From Euprymna scolopes (lineage: Eukaryota), in NCBI GenBank assembly GCA_053919585.1, contig CM132790.1: a stretch of DNA of 64,000 nucleotides. One strand, given 5' to 3'. Made by a program: the position numbers and the translations under genes. Below, in pieces: positions 25,124-38,866 of this stretch (position 1 is its first letter; each line of letters begins with the position of its first letter). The notes beneath the pieces were generated by a model, which searched no databases, had not been told where the DNA came from, and was given only the letters and a program-made list of their open reading frames with translations.

Positions 25124-25987
25124 TAGGTAAGAATGATAAAATTGTCGCCCGAGAAAAGACAACATGATTCAATTTCCGTTTCATGATAACCGGTTTTCTT
25201 TTTTTTTTGTTGCAGACCATCTAATGGTTAGCCAGTTTTGTACAAACCCCAGGAGCAGTAGGAGCCTTCTATCGTGTCTGAAAGTGATACATTGTTTAAC
25301 GAGCACTATCGAAGATGCGACACTGTATAATTCATGCTCTCTACCGATCCAAGCTATGAGGACAGGACCATTGCCAGCACCCGCAAAATGCAAATTCCGA
25401 CGATTCAACGCTTGAGGGGAGAGCTCAACGAAGTTTCCGGCCACGGTTATGGTCTTTGGTGTGGTTTCAAGTGAGGGCCACAATATGCCACCTCACATCT
25501 TCGAAATCAGCTTGAAAGTCAAGACCAAAATGTATCTGGATGTGCTGAAGAGTGTGGTGATGCCCTGGTGCAATTGTATAGCGACAGGCAGATCCCGAGT
25601 GTGGTAGCAATACTTAGCGCCGGTTCACAGGCTGGGTTTCAGAATGAGAGCTACAACTGTGTACCCCTCTCTTACCGCACCTCCTCCTTTGACCTAAACC
25701 GTTGCACTACTTCGTTTGATCATACGTTGAGAACACAACTAACATGACCTCCAACAACACCAAAGCTAACCTGATCGCCAAATATTCGCTGGGCTCTTGT
25801 CAGCACAAAGGCATCCTCTCTATTCCGAACCTGTGTCGAGGCGGTGATTTAGGCTGAAGGCAGCTACATTGAATAAATGCCAGCTCTACTAAATAATCAA
25901 GTTACCTGAATTGATTCTTTTAATAAAAGTTAAAAAAACAAACTTGAGTTGTTTTCTCTAGGGTGATAAATTTATCTTTGAACCCTG
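25124..25987 (+). mobile_element. Tc1/mariner maT(DD37D)-like element, internally deleted
   Basis: TIRs gataaaattgtcgcccgagaaaagacaac / gttgttttctctagggtgataaatttatc..ccctg-TA; KFPATVMVFGVVSSEGHNMPPHIFE..YLDVLKSVVMPW remnant; solo end at 30226-30283. Confidence 0.85.
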
Positions 25988-27391
25988 TATAGGAATAAAT
26001 GCGCAAAGGATTTTAATGCATTACCGGGCAATGCCGTATGTGTATTTTACTACTTTTTTATATTCTTGATGCGTCTGCATATGACGTTATTAAAAAAATA
26101 ACCTGAACTTTTCTGCCTCTTCTGTATCGACAGTCACGATATTTGGAATCGGTATTAAGTTTGAAGATTCCAAAAAATGTTTTGACACGAGTAAATCATT
26201 AAGTGACGCGAATCCCAAAGATAAACGCTTCTCACGCATTGTGCAGTGGATACATTCTTCATTTGTATCAAAGCTATTATTAAGACCAGCTCTGATTAAC
26301 ATTCAAGGAATCACGACATTGAACAAATAAGAGCGCGTGTTATAACGAAATAATGCTATGACGTCGATTCGTGGATTTTACGAATACCCGCGAGATTTGA
26401 GTGACATTACAGGTTTCATTCTAATGAAAACAAACAAAGATTCTCTGAGATTGAAGTAGTTTGTTACAAAATAAACGACAGACAATTTGGAAATACAACA
26501 ATCAGAGCCCCTATTAAGCTGTTCTCCCAGAAGTGTAAAATAAAGAAAAATAAAGGTTTTTAATGTGAGTAAAACCCCCCTCCCAAATGTGGGGTACTTT
26601 AAACTAGGACACAAAAAGACTTACTTTAGTCTACAAGAATGGATTTTTCTTACCTACAAAAATTTATAATAAAAATTAGATATTTAAAATAATGCATTGT
26701 TATCTATATAAGATGGTGCTTGTGCCTCTTATAGTTAGTCCGTACGTTACACTTTGAAATAGGTCAAATAAATTTTTGAAGGCCAAACTGCCAAAAAAAA
26801 AAACAACATAAAAACTAACTGCGAGAAATTTGTCTTTAAAATGTTTAATTTGCAACTCTTGACAAGAATATCAGAACGACCTCTTTTGATGTAGCCTCGC
26901 TTCGGATATCATTATAATAATATATACCTATTGTTGTAATGTCGTGGAAAAAAATTTGTAGTAATTTCGATGTGCAGTGATTCTTCACCGAAGAAAGAAA
27001 TCAGCGAAATTTTATGTAAAAAAAAGAAAAATTCGAAAATAAATAAATAAAAACAAGGTTTTAAATAGAAAATTGCCTGCGAAGAGGTACTGGACTGAAA
27101 TAATAAAATGAACTGTTTTTCTTCCTTTATGATTTAATTATATTGTATTGAACAATATAGCACAATATTACTTTTCGTGTATTTACTTGTACATATTAAT
27201 TTATCTTATTTGAGCAAGTTCTATATTTAATTTAAAATAAACACTAGTTTTATACAAATTTTAATATATCATCTTTGTTGCGTGTTATTGTTTTTTTCTA
27301 AAAAACCATCTAATTTTTACGCTATCCAAAAACTTAAAACATATTGATTAAATATATTTCTCATTCTGTGGAATTTTAACAGAACAGTTTC

Positions 27392-27460
<69 letters not shown>

Positions 27461-27461
<1 letters not shown>

Positions 27462-28310
27462 TGCTCACAAAGAGCTTTCACACAGGTCATCAGAGCTGTC
27501 ATTGAATACAGCCTGTGGTGTTCCCTGGAAGCTGAGTGACAACAAGTCTCCCCAGATTTTTCAGTACTGTCCACCTCTTTCGATAACATTTGCAAATAAA
27601 TTTGCGTTATCACAACAGTTGTTTGCCATTGATTTTTCTTTGGTAGTGGCCACTGGTCTTTACTGGAATTTATGTGGCAATAAGCCTCCCTAAGGTACCA
27701 GTTCTCTTCGCACTTATACAGTAGAGGTCTGGTCAGTGCTCACTCCTCTTTCCTTCCTCCTTGACTACTTGGCTATTCGGTCTCGCACTTTTCTTTGAGG
27801 AAGGGGACAGTGATGTCGTAATGGGAGAAGGGGGTAGATATCTTATAGGTATGCAGCTTCAGTGTTCTTAGTTCCATGTAGCGATGTGTTTTGTCTCTGA
27901 AGCAGTTTATCTGGTCTGCGCATGTCGTTCGTGTGTGTTAGTCTCCACATTCAAGTGTTTTCCTTAATATTTCGGCTGTTTTTATTATTGCTGTTCGTTG
28001 TATTTTTACAGTTATTCCTCTGATTCCAATTTCTCCCATTCTTTTTTCAAATTTTCCGGGATTGTTCCCAGTGCTCCTATTATTATATGTATCATTTTGA
28101 TTTCCATCATCTTCCATATCCATTTCAGCTCCCTTGCTAGCTCTGTGTATTTGTTCCGTTTCTCCTTTTCTTTGATATTCACTCTGTGGTCAGCTGGAAC
28201 AGCAAAGTCTACGATTTGACAGATTTTTTCTTTCTTGTTAATTATTACGACATATGATCTTCTTAGTTGGATGGGTTTATATATTTGTACGTCTATGCTC
28301 CATAAGATTA
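27461..28310 (-). mobile_element. R4/Dong-clade LINE 3' fragment (REL endonuclease and 3' UTR)
   Basis: VDFAVPADHRV..KYTELAREL..IIIGALGT..KTAEILRKTLE; ends in a (TAT)n tract at 27392-27460. Confidence 0.9.
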
Positions 28311-28468
28311 CTAAATATTAAAGTAGCTCTAAGATATTTGCCCATGGATCTTATTATATATCTGAATTACAACGAGCACTGTTCTTTTCTTGTATTTTAA
28401 TCAAATTAGTAATTTTACTATCACATTAAATACACTCTGCTCTTTAGAGTACTGTTTTAACCCCCTTT

Positions 28469-28522
<54 letters not shown>

Positions 28523-28529
28523 CATATAT

Positions 28530-29926
28530 CAGAACCCAGCTCAGTTGACAATGGTGTGGAACAGGGTGATATCCCAGCACCTACCCTTTTTTCTATTTAT
28601 TTTGCAACTATGCTTTCCTATACCTTTAGGGAATGTTTTCTGGGGGGTTGTTTGCGTTTTTGAACCACAGGTAAGGTCTTTGATCTTCATCGTTTTCATG
28701 CTTCTACAAGGACCTTTCAGCACCTGGTTCGTGAATTGCTTTATACGGATGACGCCGATCTCGTAGCCCATAGTTAGAGGAATATGCAGGGTATCATGGA
28801 TCTGTTTTCAGGGGCCTGTGTGTCTTTAGGGCTTACTATTAGTCTTAAGAAAACTAAGGTCATGTTCACCCCTCCACCCGGTGGTTTGCATGTGGAACCA
28901 AATATTTTTGTCAATAACGAGAGACTTGCCGTGCTTGACACATTTGTGTATTTGGGCAGTACTCTTGCCAGAGACGGAACCCTGGAGGCTGAGGTCAACT
29001 ATAAGATACAGCGTGCCACTGAGGCTTTTGGTGGCTTAGAGAAGCGAGTGTGGTCTGGCAGGGGTCTAACTGTTCATACAAAGATCAGTGTCTATCAATC
29101 TTGTATTTTACCATTCCTGCTTTACGCTTCTGAGGCCTGGACAACTTATGGTAGACACATAAAAGCCATGGAGAAAGTGCACCAGAAATTCCTGAGACAC
29201 ATTATGGGCATCAGGTGGAGCTCTTTTATACCTGATATGGATGTTCTCATGCGAGCTAACGTACCTTGTATCGAGAAGTTGATTATACGAAACCAGATGA
29301 GGTGGGCTGGACATCTGACAATGATAGACGACGAGAGATTGCCAAAGCACCTGTTCTATGCTGAAATTACATAAGGAAAGCGTCCACAATATAAACCTAG
29401 GAAACGCTTTAGGGATAACATCAAAGATAACCTTAAAGCTCTTGGAATTGACGTGCTCAGTTGGGAAAGTGTTTCCAATGGTCGTAAAAAGTGGCGCTCC
29501 TTGGGCTATCATGGCTGTGATAGCTTTGAGAAGAAAAATATGAGCATACAAAAATGAAGAGTGATATCCGGAAGAAGAATCTGTCAGATATATCAGGTCT
29601 GTCGGAGTCTTTCGTGCAGAACCACATCTGTGATTTATGCGGTAAAATGACTTTATCCGGAGCTGGCCTAGCTAGCTACAAGCGATCACATGGAGATCAA
29701 TCTTTCTTTGATGGGGTAAACACTGCGGGGCACAGATGTTCTGTTTGCTCTGTGGTCTGTACATCGAGTGGAGGCCTGAAGCGTCATATGAACGTCCACA
29801 ATAGAACAGCACCAGTTGGCATCCTTCAATCTCAGCTTAAGTGTGACCTTTGCAACAGAGTGTGTAAGAGCAGGGGTGGTCTGAAGAGCCACCTTCGTTC
29901 CCACAGCAGATAGAAATTGATGCATC
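28530..29926 (+). mobile_element. RTE (BovB-like) LINE, 5'-truncated; RT C-terminal half plus C2H2 fingers
   Basis: GVEQGDIPAPTLF, LLYTDDA, GLTISLKKTKVM, FVYLGS, LLYASEAW and RWAGH; frameshifts present. Confidence 0.93.
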
Positions 29927-30345
29927 NNNNNNNNNNNNNNNNNNNNNNNNNNNNNNNNNNNNNNNNNNNNNNNNNNNNNNNNNNNNNNNNNNNNNNNNNN
30001 NNNNNNNNNNNNNNNNNNNNNNNNNNNNNNNNNNNNNNNNNNNNNNNNNNNNNNNNAAAAAACAATATATCAAAAGTTCATGAAAATGAATGAATAATCA
30101 ACTATAAGGCAAGGGAAAGATGGTCTTCTTCTGTCAAGAACTGACAATCATCATATATATGTCTGTGTGTGTGTGAGTGTGTGCGTGTGTGTGTGCGTGC
30201 GTGTGTGTGCGCGTGTGTGTGTGTGCAGGGTGGAACGATAAAATTATCGCCCTAGAAAAGACGACATGGTTCAATTTCCGTTTAAGTACTAGTCCTACAG
30301 CGTCCTCTCGAAGAATATCAGTTAGAAGTCAATTTAACTTAGTAC

Positions 30346-30416
<71 letters not shown>

Positions 30417-30844
30417 AAGATCAAACAGTTAATAAAAAAATGTTAAAAACACTTTGAAAAAGAGTTAAAAACATATTTTCACACGACTGCCGAGACATAA
30501 TGTAAATAAGAAAGATCAGAGAAGAAGAAGAGGAAAAAGATCAGGGAAGAAGAAGAGGAAAAATATTAAATGATGATAGAATTAAAAATAAAGTAGAAAA
30601 TCAAATGCCAAAATGACTCAGACAAAAAGATGTTAAAAAGCGCGAAAGAATATACAGGGCAAAAAAATTGGTCAATTGAACTGTACAGGTTATTACTTAA
30701 GAAAATGTCAGCAAGAGTTGTTAAAAGACACTAAATGGAAATAAATAAATAAATAAAAAGTATAAAATATAAAATTTAAAAAAAATAAGGGGAGAGGATG
30801 GCCGTTATCTGCAAATTCAGGATAAAGCACGTAAGTAACTAACC

Positions 30845-31050
30845 ATACTTCTCCTGACTCGACACTGTTTGAGTTTAGTGGCAAGAAGCAGTGCTATACG
30901 ATAGGAAACATTGCCGAGATAAACGGAGAACACATACACCACCTGGAATTTCCAAATGGTCACCGATTTTAGTAGTGACCAAGCTCAACCTTGCTTACCT
31001 ACGGTAATCTAATGGGAACCCGTGGGTCAACGCAAATGATGCCGTATACA
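30845..31050 (-). mobile_element. 5S rRNA-derived SINE, family A copy
   Basis: Degenerate 5S head plus body (ctcctga.tc.aca.tgtt..agtggcaa..gaaaca.tgccgagataa.cgga) shared with 7370-7546. Confidence 0.8.
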
Positions 31051-32482
31051 TTTGTGCCACGTCAACGTAAATACTCTCAACAAAGTCCAGTAGCAACGAA
31101 AGAGATACTACTGTTCTCCTTTTTTTTGTTGAAAGAATACAAAATCTCTATTACAATCAAAAGGGAGTATGTGATCCCCACAGTTTAATTCTCACAGAAA
31201 CGTGTCTTGTCTTTCTCTGCTTTATATTTATTTCAATGGTGGTTTTAGTTTGGGCATAGATATTTGGTACTTTTGTAAAACATTTACAGCAATTATTCGT
31301 CTCGCTACCACAATTGCAAATAACATTTCGTATCTTTTCCCGTCTATTTGAAACCAATCAAAACTTCTATAAACGTTTTCCGTATGTAGAACGCCATACC
31401 ACGTGACTCTTTTACTGCTGACTACAATATTGCCGTTTATTAACTTTTATTATCAAGTGTTCTTGAACCTTTTCGCTTAAATTATGAAATTTAGTATGCA
31501 TTTAATATTTAACGTATCGGAACTTATGTATATTTTTAGTTAAATTTCCGATTCGTATTTTTTAACTTAGAAAACGACCGTCAATTAATAGGGAAATAGC
31601 GTTTAAAGTAGATGGTAAGATTTAATGCCACCAAGACTAATTTATTCCCCTTAAAACTGTAAAAAACAACTTCTCAACCAACGAGTAGTATGACAAATAA
31701 CACCCTATTTAAGGGCCCATCTGTCACATTATATGACTTAAGATTTATAGGAAATATGGATTGGAAAAATACATTGATGAAATTACGAAGGCTTTATAAA
31801 GGAAGTTGAGCTTCCTCTAGAAAATTACTCACACTAGCGTATCCTATATATTTATAAAGCCACAATTTTCACGTGCATAGATTATTGTTTTCAGATCTAG
31901 GCTGGCGCAACTGTTGTGTAGGTGTGTCTAAATCATACTTATATTTTCTCTTGATTAATTTACGGGCGTAGATAAATGTATGTTGTGCTCGTGATAAATA
32001 ACGAACTGTGGTCTTCGTCCTAAATGTCTTTTGTAACTGCCCGTGACTCGGCTAGTCTTCTAGGTGCGTGGTTCCGTGTCAACATACATGCCTATATTCA
32101 CATACATGACGACATACCTATTCTCCTGCTGCTTGCTTCTCGGTGATTCGTCAACCGTCCATGGGGAGCCGGAGCTGTTTTAAGGAGAATGCTTCACAAG
32201 ACATAGACCAAGACATTGTAGAATTTTATATATTTTATTCACTCCCAGATATTCGTCACAACAGATGGGAGTGATAGATGGACTCTCGACTTTCTTTGGC
32301 ATTTCGAACCAAACTCAACACTATGCTCACGTGCGGTCCTTGTTTGCATACTTAAAGGTGCAAACTGATCGGTCACAGAATTTGACAAAGTTTGACAATC
32401 TGTCAAAACATGAAGATTCAAATTTCTCTTGTCCACTCATCGATAGATAGATAAATAAATAGATAAATAGATAGATAGAGAT

Positions 32483-33085
32483 GGTCCTGGGTATGACGTA
32501 AAACTACACCCGGCAACGAGGCCCTGGTGCGGGGAGCTCCAGGGTTTTGGGGAGAATGTCACTACCCCTTAGTCGTTGCAGTGCTGGGTCACTCTTGGGC
32601 AATGTGTAGTATCCACTAGCCTCCCTATTTAGGGTCACAAAAATCCAAGCATGGTCAACGATGCTCTTGGCGGACGAGGAAGGAATCCCAACGGCTTGCG
32701 CAGCGGATGAACCACCACCGCAATGCCGACGCGATCAACAAAGGTGATGTACAACTCGACTTGGGTCAGTGTCAGCCATCAGATGCGGCTGATTGCATCT
32801 GTGCAGACTGTCCTGGCCCGTCCTTGCCTCTGTACTTTTGCTTTCAGCGGAGAGGGTACTAGCAGTACTGGGCAAGCTGCTTATCCTTACTTTGCGTAGG
32901 GAGAGGTGAAAATCCTGTGGCGAAGAAGTGAGGGCGTACCGGCAGGCCTGATGGACTGAAAGCCGAGGCGTGATCCCTGCACTCAGGCGATTGGAGTATG
33001 ATGGTCGTGCTCTTGCTGAAGAGAGCTCCGATCGGACTCACATCGCAATTTCGACACGGACACTAACCGACCTCCGCATCATCGT
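32483..33085 (+). mobile_element. GC-rich LINE (RTE-type) 5' UTR-like segment
   Basis: First 160 bp is homologous to 13785-13942; GC-rich with many hairpins; runs into a gap. Confidence 0.5.
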
Positions 33086-33216
33086 NNNNNNNNNNNNNNN
33101 NNNNNNNNNNNNNNNNNNNNNNNNNNNNNNNNNNNNNNNNNNNNNNNNNNNNNNNNNNNNNNNNNNNNNNNNNNNNNNNNNNNNNNNNNNNNNNNNNNNN
33201 NNNNNNNNNNNNNNNN

Positions 33217-34454
33217 CTTCTATACGGCTACTATCTAACACAACTACCCTCTTAGACAGAGTCCCAAATTATTCTACAATTTATACGTCCCACATTATTG
33301 GCCAAGTGCCAATTTTATTCTCATCGCCGCAATTCTGCATCCGTGTTTTTTTAAAAATTTATTAGAGCTTTAAAATGGAATATTCTCTAATGAACTCATA
33401 ACATTTGTATCCCCTTGACGTTCATAGTCTCTACTAACTCGACAAACAACCCTTTTTAATAGATTGCGGAAAGTTTTACTCTAATGCTTTTTTCTCTCAG
33501 ACTGCTAAACGTTGGAATTCCTTCCAAGCATTTTCTTCCCTGACTATACTTGTATGCAGGAGTTTAAATGTAATGTAAACAGTCATCTCGTAGCTCAATT
33601 CTCCACAGTACTCTGTTCAACACGATCCCAAAAGGTAAAAATTATGAATAAAGTATTTTTGGTAAATCAGTATCCTATGTTCATACTTCTCTAGTTTTAT
33701 GCCATTTCATAAAAGCCACCATAGAAAACCTGTGTAAGATTCAGATAAATAGACGAATACCGAACCTTGATCAGATTTGTATTATGAATGTATATTTTCT
33801 TTTATTTATTTACGACAACCGAAAAATCACGTTATTAAAGTGTCAGAAATCAAAAGCCTAGCTTTCGTCAGCACGAATAAAGTTGATGTCAATTTGTGTT
33901 GCAATAAGTTTTTGATGTTGAAACCCCCCAATCTGGCAAAGCCAATACGAAAAACATCTAAGCTGTTTGATATACTGTCCAAGATCAGAAAGGTAAATGA
34001 ATTACGCGCAAAGAACTTGTAACCCGATGTCATGATTTTTCTTCTTGACATCGGCTTACAGGCTCTCTTCGCGTATCTTGTTTTTCCTTCTGTTCTTTGA
34101 CAGTATATCAAACAGCTTGGAAGTTTTCGAATGCAACTTTGATGAAAAAGATCTGCAAGCTTCACAGCACTCGTCGACATATTTTGACAAGATTCAACTA
34201 CATTATCAATGATCACTAAGCCAACGAGTACAATACACTTATCCAAATCGCAAAAATGAACACATCTTCACAGAAACTTGGAGTTTCTCACTCGAAAAGA
34301 TTGATGAATCTAATGAATCTAAACACGGATGCAGAATTGCGGCGATGAGAATAAAATTGGCACTTGGCCAATAATGTGGGACGTATAAATTGTAGAATAA
34401 TTTTGGACCCTGTCTAAGAGGGTAGTTGTGTTAGATAGTAGCTGTATAGAAGCG
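33217..34454. mobile_element. Unclassified TIR DNA element with ~133-bp inverted repeats
   Basis: 33217-33349 is nearly the exact reverse complement of 34321-34452; contains a CR1 remnant at 33490-33610. Confidence 0.85.
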
Positions 34455-34458
34455 TTAA

Positions 34459-34811
34459 TTGTTTGTTATCTCGTTATTTCCATGGCAGGTGCTCGTCTGA
34501 ACTCCAATCTCTGGTCCCCCCTCGCCAATCTTTCACGAAAAACACCCGTCTAGCTGACTCCACTGTCAAAAATTTTCCCCACTCTTTATCTGCGTCGAAA
34601 TCAAAACGTAGATTCCATAAACAAAGCTTCTTTTCTTTATTAGAAATGCACGCCTGTGGAACTCTGTTCCCTCTGCCTGCTTACCACCTGACTACAACCT
34701 GCATGTCTTCAAGTTCAACGTAAACTAATTCCTAATGAACCGCCCCTTAAGTAAACACTTCATTAAATCTCCACACTAACGTACTGTACTTACTTGATAA
34801 TGGTCACCAAC

Positions 34812-34842
<31 letters not shown>
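34459..34842 (+). mobile_element. CR1-group LINE 3' fragment with poly(A)
   Basis: Matches 58620-58980. Confidence 0.9.
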
Positions 34843-35917
34843 CTCGTTTCAGGACCAATATAATTCCTCTAAGAAGTAAATATAGTTTGCTTTTTTGTAT
34901 TTAATTTTATATTCCGGAATTGATAAAACGAGAATCGATATTTTGTATTATTTCGTATTACTTAGATTATTCTAAAATACTATCCTTATCTTGACTGGGA
35001 TTTTCACACTGTTTTAGCTGACGTAACCTCCGACGTTTTTAGGTTGTATTTTGTCGAACTCTGGGAGTCGTACCATTAAAACAAGATACATTTTGTTCTT
35101 CAGAATTTATTTCTCTATAAATAGTTGTTTTACCTCAGCAGCAATGCCACCTACGAAACCTTTTTCATCAACATGCTAAGAGCAGTGACCACATGAAATT
35201 CTTAGCGCTACCCAGCCAATACTTTTCCGTAAAAAGTTGAGATGGAGTCATCAGTAATATCTGTCGTCTTCTAATTGGCTCGTGTAACACATGAAAGTAT
35301 AAATCCATGATGTGCTGATAAGAAATTCGCATGCGTAAACTCTTTTATAGTTTTAACACTAGACCAAACACTGAACCTTGCTACTTGAGGCGGTGAAAGG
35401 GAAAACGTGCACTCTTAAAATAATTAAAAAAATGAATTACTGCAAATCAGGTACATAAATCCTTGTGTGCTCCGTGTATTCGTATAACCTTACGTTTCGC
35501 GCCGCGACCACCATCATAACAACCACTTCAACAAAAACAAGAACAATAATCGGAGCAACAACAAAGCTCAAGTTGGTAAAGCAATGTATTTATTTTTGTC
35601 GTAACGAACACATTCGATTTTAATTTCGTTAAATTACATACAGACGGCAACTCTATGTTTTAAACCCTAGATAATCTGTGAAAATAGTTATATAACTTAT
35701 ATTCCTTATCAGGCAAGAAACAGGGACGTATATAATAATGTACATTTTAAAAGGGGATCAGAGTAGACTAACACCTATGCTTATTAACTTTCATGTAATA
35801 GTTTGCCCCTGGAACCAAATATCGAAGGGATTCTTCCAAATTTACTACAATATGGTAGTTACTTAGTCCATTGTAAACAAGTTCTTGCTGAACCACATTT
35901 TTAAATAATCAAATTCT

Positions 35918-36197
35918 ACCTAATCATAACCTTAACCCTAACCCGAACCTAATCCTAACCCTACTCTAATCATAACCCTAACCCCAACTTAATCATTACC
36001 CTAACCTTAACCTAATCATAACCTTAACCCTAACCATAACCTAACCCTAACCTAATCATAACCTAATCATAACCTAATCATAACCCTAACCCTAACCTAA
36101 TCATAACCCTAACCATAACCTAATCATAACCCTAATCATAACCTAATCATAACCCTAAGCCTAACCTGATCATAACCTAATCATAACCTAATCATAA
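35918..36197. repeat. Interstitial telomere-like degenerate repeat (CCCTAA/CCTAA/CCTAAT/CATAAC mix)
   Basis: Visible directly in the sequence. Confidence 0.85.
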
Positions 36198-37649
36198 ACA
36201 ATCAACGTCTACCTCACATGTGTTTATCCCTCATCTGAGTGGCCTTTGGGACTTGATAAGTTAAGACCCCTAGTAAAAGAAAAACTCTTTACAGACTTGC
36301 ATGTTCTTCATTTAACCTTAGATATAAGATTTTATCTGAAATGTAAACCCTCTTTCAAAAATGATCTATGCATAAGTCCTGAATCCCTCATGTCCAGTGT
36401 TGTGGTCTTACAAGTCGGCAATAATCAAGTCAAAGAGAGTTGTATAATTAACATAACGTTTTTTAAAAAGAGTACCTTACAAAAGTGCACGTCGTTACTC
36501 TGACGTCAAAAAAAATTGCTAATCCCCCCCCCCGCGTGGCTGTTTTGTTTGGTTTTGTTTTACGGATTATTTAATGCAGAATGAAAATACTTAATATCTC
36601 CAAATTAATTTTTTGGGGGCCGGAAGCGAATATATTCAATCATCCTGATCTCGTGGCAGCACGACTTTTATATATAACTGCAGTCATTGTCGAAATCTGA
36701 GTATATTATTAATGAAATCTGTAACTCAGATTATGTATATAGCAAGAAATGAAACCGAAGATTTTATGTGGACATCCGTTTCCCCGATATTTTTTAGTCA
36801 TGATTCTTTAAATGCATTGGGTATTTATGGGAGGGAACACATTAAAGTTTCTAACAACCTAAGTGAAAAAACTATTTTATAGAACAAGCTAAATTCAAAC
36901 TCGAACACCCAAGGGTATAGTCTGTAGCGTTAACCCTTTGACGACGTTCAGCCCCGTTTTTATTATTCGTATTTTGATCAGGCTACCGAAACATATATGG
37001 GTAACTAGAATATTAATTTTCAAGCCTTGGCTATGGAAATAGTATTGGAGAAGTAAAATCAAATGAAAAAGAAATAATAGTATTTTTGTCTGCTAATCCT
37101 CAGTGTCTCCTGACACCTCAAGCTTCTTATTATTTCACTTAATCAATACTGATTATTATTGCGTAACGCGTGTTTTTTCCTATAAAATCAAGCGTAGGCA
37201 GACTTTCAAGAAGGTCTAATTTCTCTCGAGACTGCAAAAATGTTGTTATAACGTAAAGATAAAACTTTCATAGCTAAAAGCTATTTAAGAAATAATAATA
37301 ACAGTTTGATCATATCATATATTTAATTTTGCCCGGTTTTCGCTTGTTTTTCTATTTCCAAATATGAACAAAACAAAGTGACGAGATTTTTTGACGTCAA
37401 TCACTACATTGTTATTTCCAAATGGAAACTGCTTTGATAAAACACAAACAAACAAACAAAAAAAAACTATTACATGTAAACGTATTTTGCTTTAAGGAAA
37501 ACAGTAACCTCACACCAAACTACGCATATGCCCAATAGACGTGAAAAATATTTCTCTTTAAGCGCGTAGCTAAATTTAAACTTAGGTTGACAATACATTC
37601 TGAAAAGCACATAGAGCAAAATCTAATTTATAAATAATAATGAATGTTG

Positions 37650-37715
<66 letters not shown>

Positions 37716-37734
37716 GCGATGGTTATATTGTATA

Positions 37735-38425
37735 TAATATAAAGCTGAACGTCTGTGTGTGTATCTGGTCACGAATAGGCTCCTATGTGGTTGACTATTA
37801 TAGAAAACTGATCACATATAATGATAGAAGATGTATCGAGGCACAGGAATGGGTATGTTTGATCTGGCATAATGATGATTCATTAAAATTTTGGGGTCTG
37901 CGTACGCGCCTGGCCCACAAAGTATGGAATTTAAAAAAAAACCAAAAAAAAAAACGTTTACATTTTTTTTTATATAGATGTACATAAGAATACTTTGATA
38001 AGTATGTTTTAATTTAAATAGGGATGGTATTATATAGTTGTGGAGTCTGCCTTCGCGCCTGGCCTCCATAGAATGGAAATAGGCACAAACTTTAATACAG
38101 ACGTTCATATCTATCTGCGTAAGTATACTTTGATAATTATGTTTCTGTTTGAGGAAATATGGTATAATAAAATTATGGGGTGTTCGTTCGAACCTGACCT
38201 CCAATAAATAGAAATATGTCACCAAGTTTAACAAAGGGTTTAATATAGATCCACAAATATTGTGATAAGTGTTTCAGCGTGATAAGGTGTGGTATAGTAA
38301 ATTATGGGGTTTATCTATTTTATTTTTACTTTCATTATATTTTGCTTTGGTTTTGATACCCCCATATTCGAAGCTATCGCTGTACATCCCTTACTTTTCA
38401 TAACCTATCATACTTTCATAAATCA
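37735..38425 (+). mobile_element. Non-autonomous Helitron-like element, copy of 14562-15275
   Basis: Inverted homology along the whole length. Confidence 0.8.
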
Positions 38426-38866
38426 GAGTCCATTTTGTGTAGGCTGTTTTTTAACCCAGTCAACNNNNNNNNNNNNNNNNNNNNNNNNNNNNNNNNNNNN
38501 NNNNNNNNNNNNNNNNNNNNNNNNNNNNNNNNNNNNNNNNNNNNNNNNNNNNNNNNNNNNNNNNNNNNNNNNNNNNNNNNNNNNNNNNNNNNNNNNNNNN
38601 NNNNNNNNNNNNNNNNNNNNNNNNNNNNNNNNNNNNNNNNNNNNNNNNNNNNNNNNNNNNNNNNNNNNNNNNNNNNNNNNNNNNNNNNNNNNNNNNNNNN
38701 NNNNNNNNNNNNNNNNNNNGTGGATGTTGTAAGAGGGAAGTAAATTTCAACTCGATGCTTAAATCTCATACAACACATTGAATACTGAAAACATACCACA
38801 ATCAAATCATATCAGTTTTTCATCATATCCTTTTGTAGAACTTTTCTTAAAGAGCCTCGTGCTAAA

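Noticed and set aside
36880-36960. tRNA gene on the minus strand (also 45010-45085)
   Set aside because: Only degenerate box-like motifs are present and there is no cloverleaf; at most decayed SINE heads.
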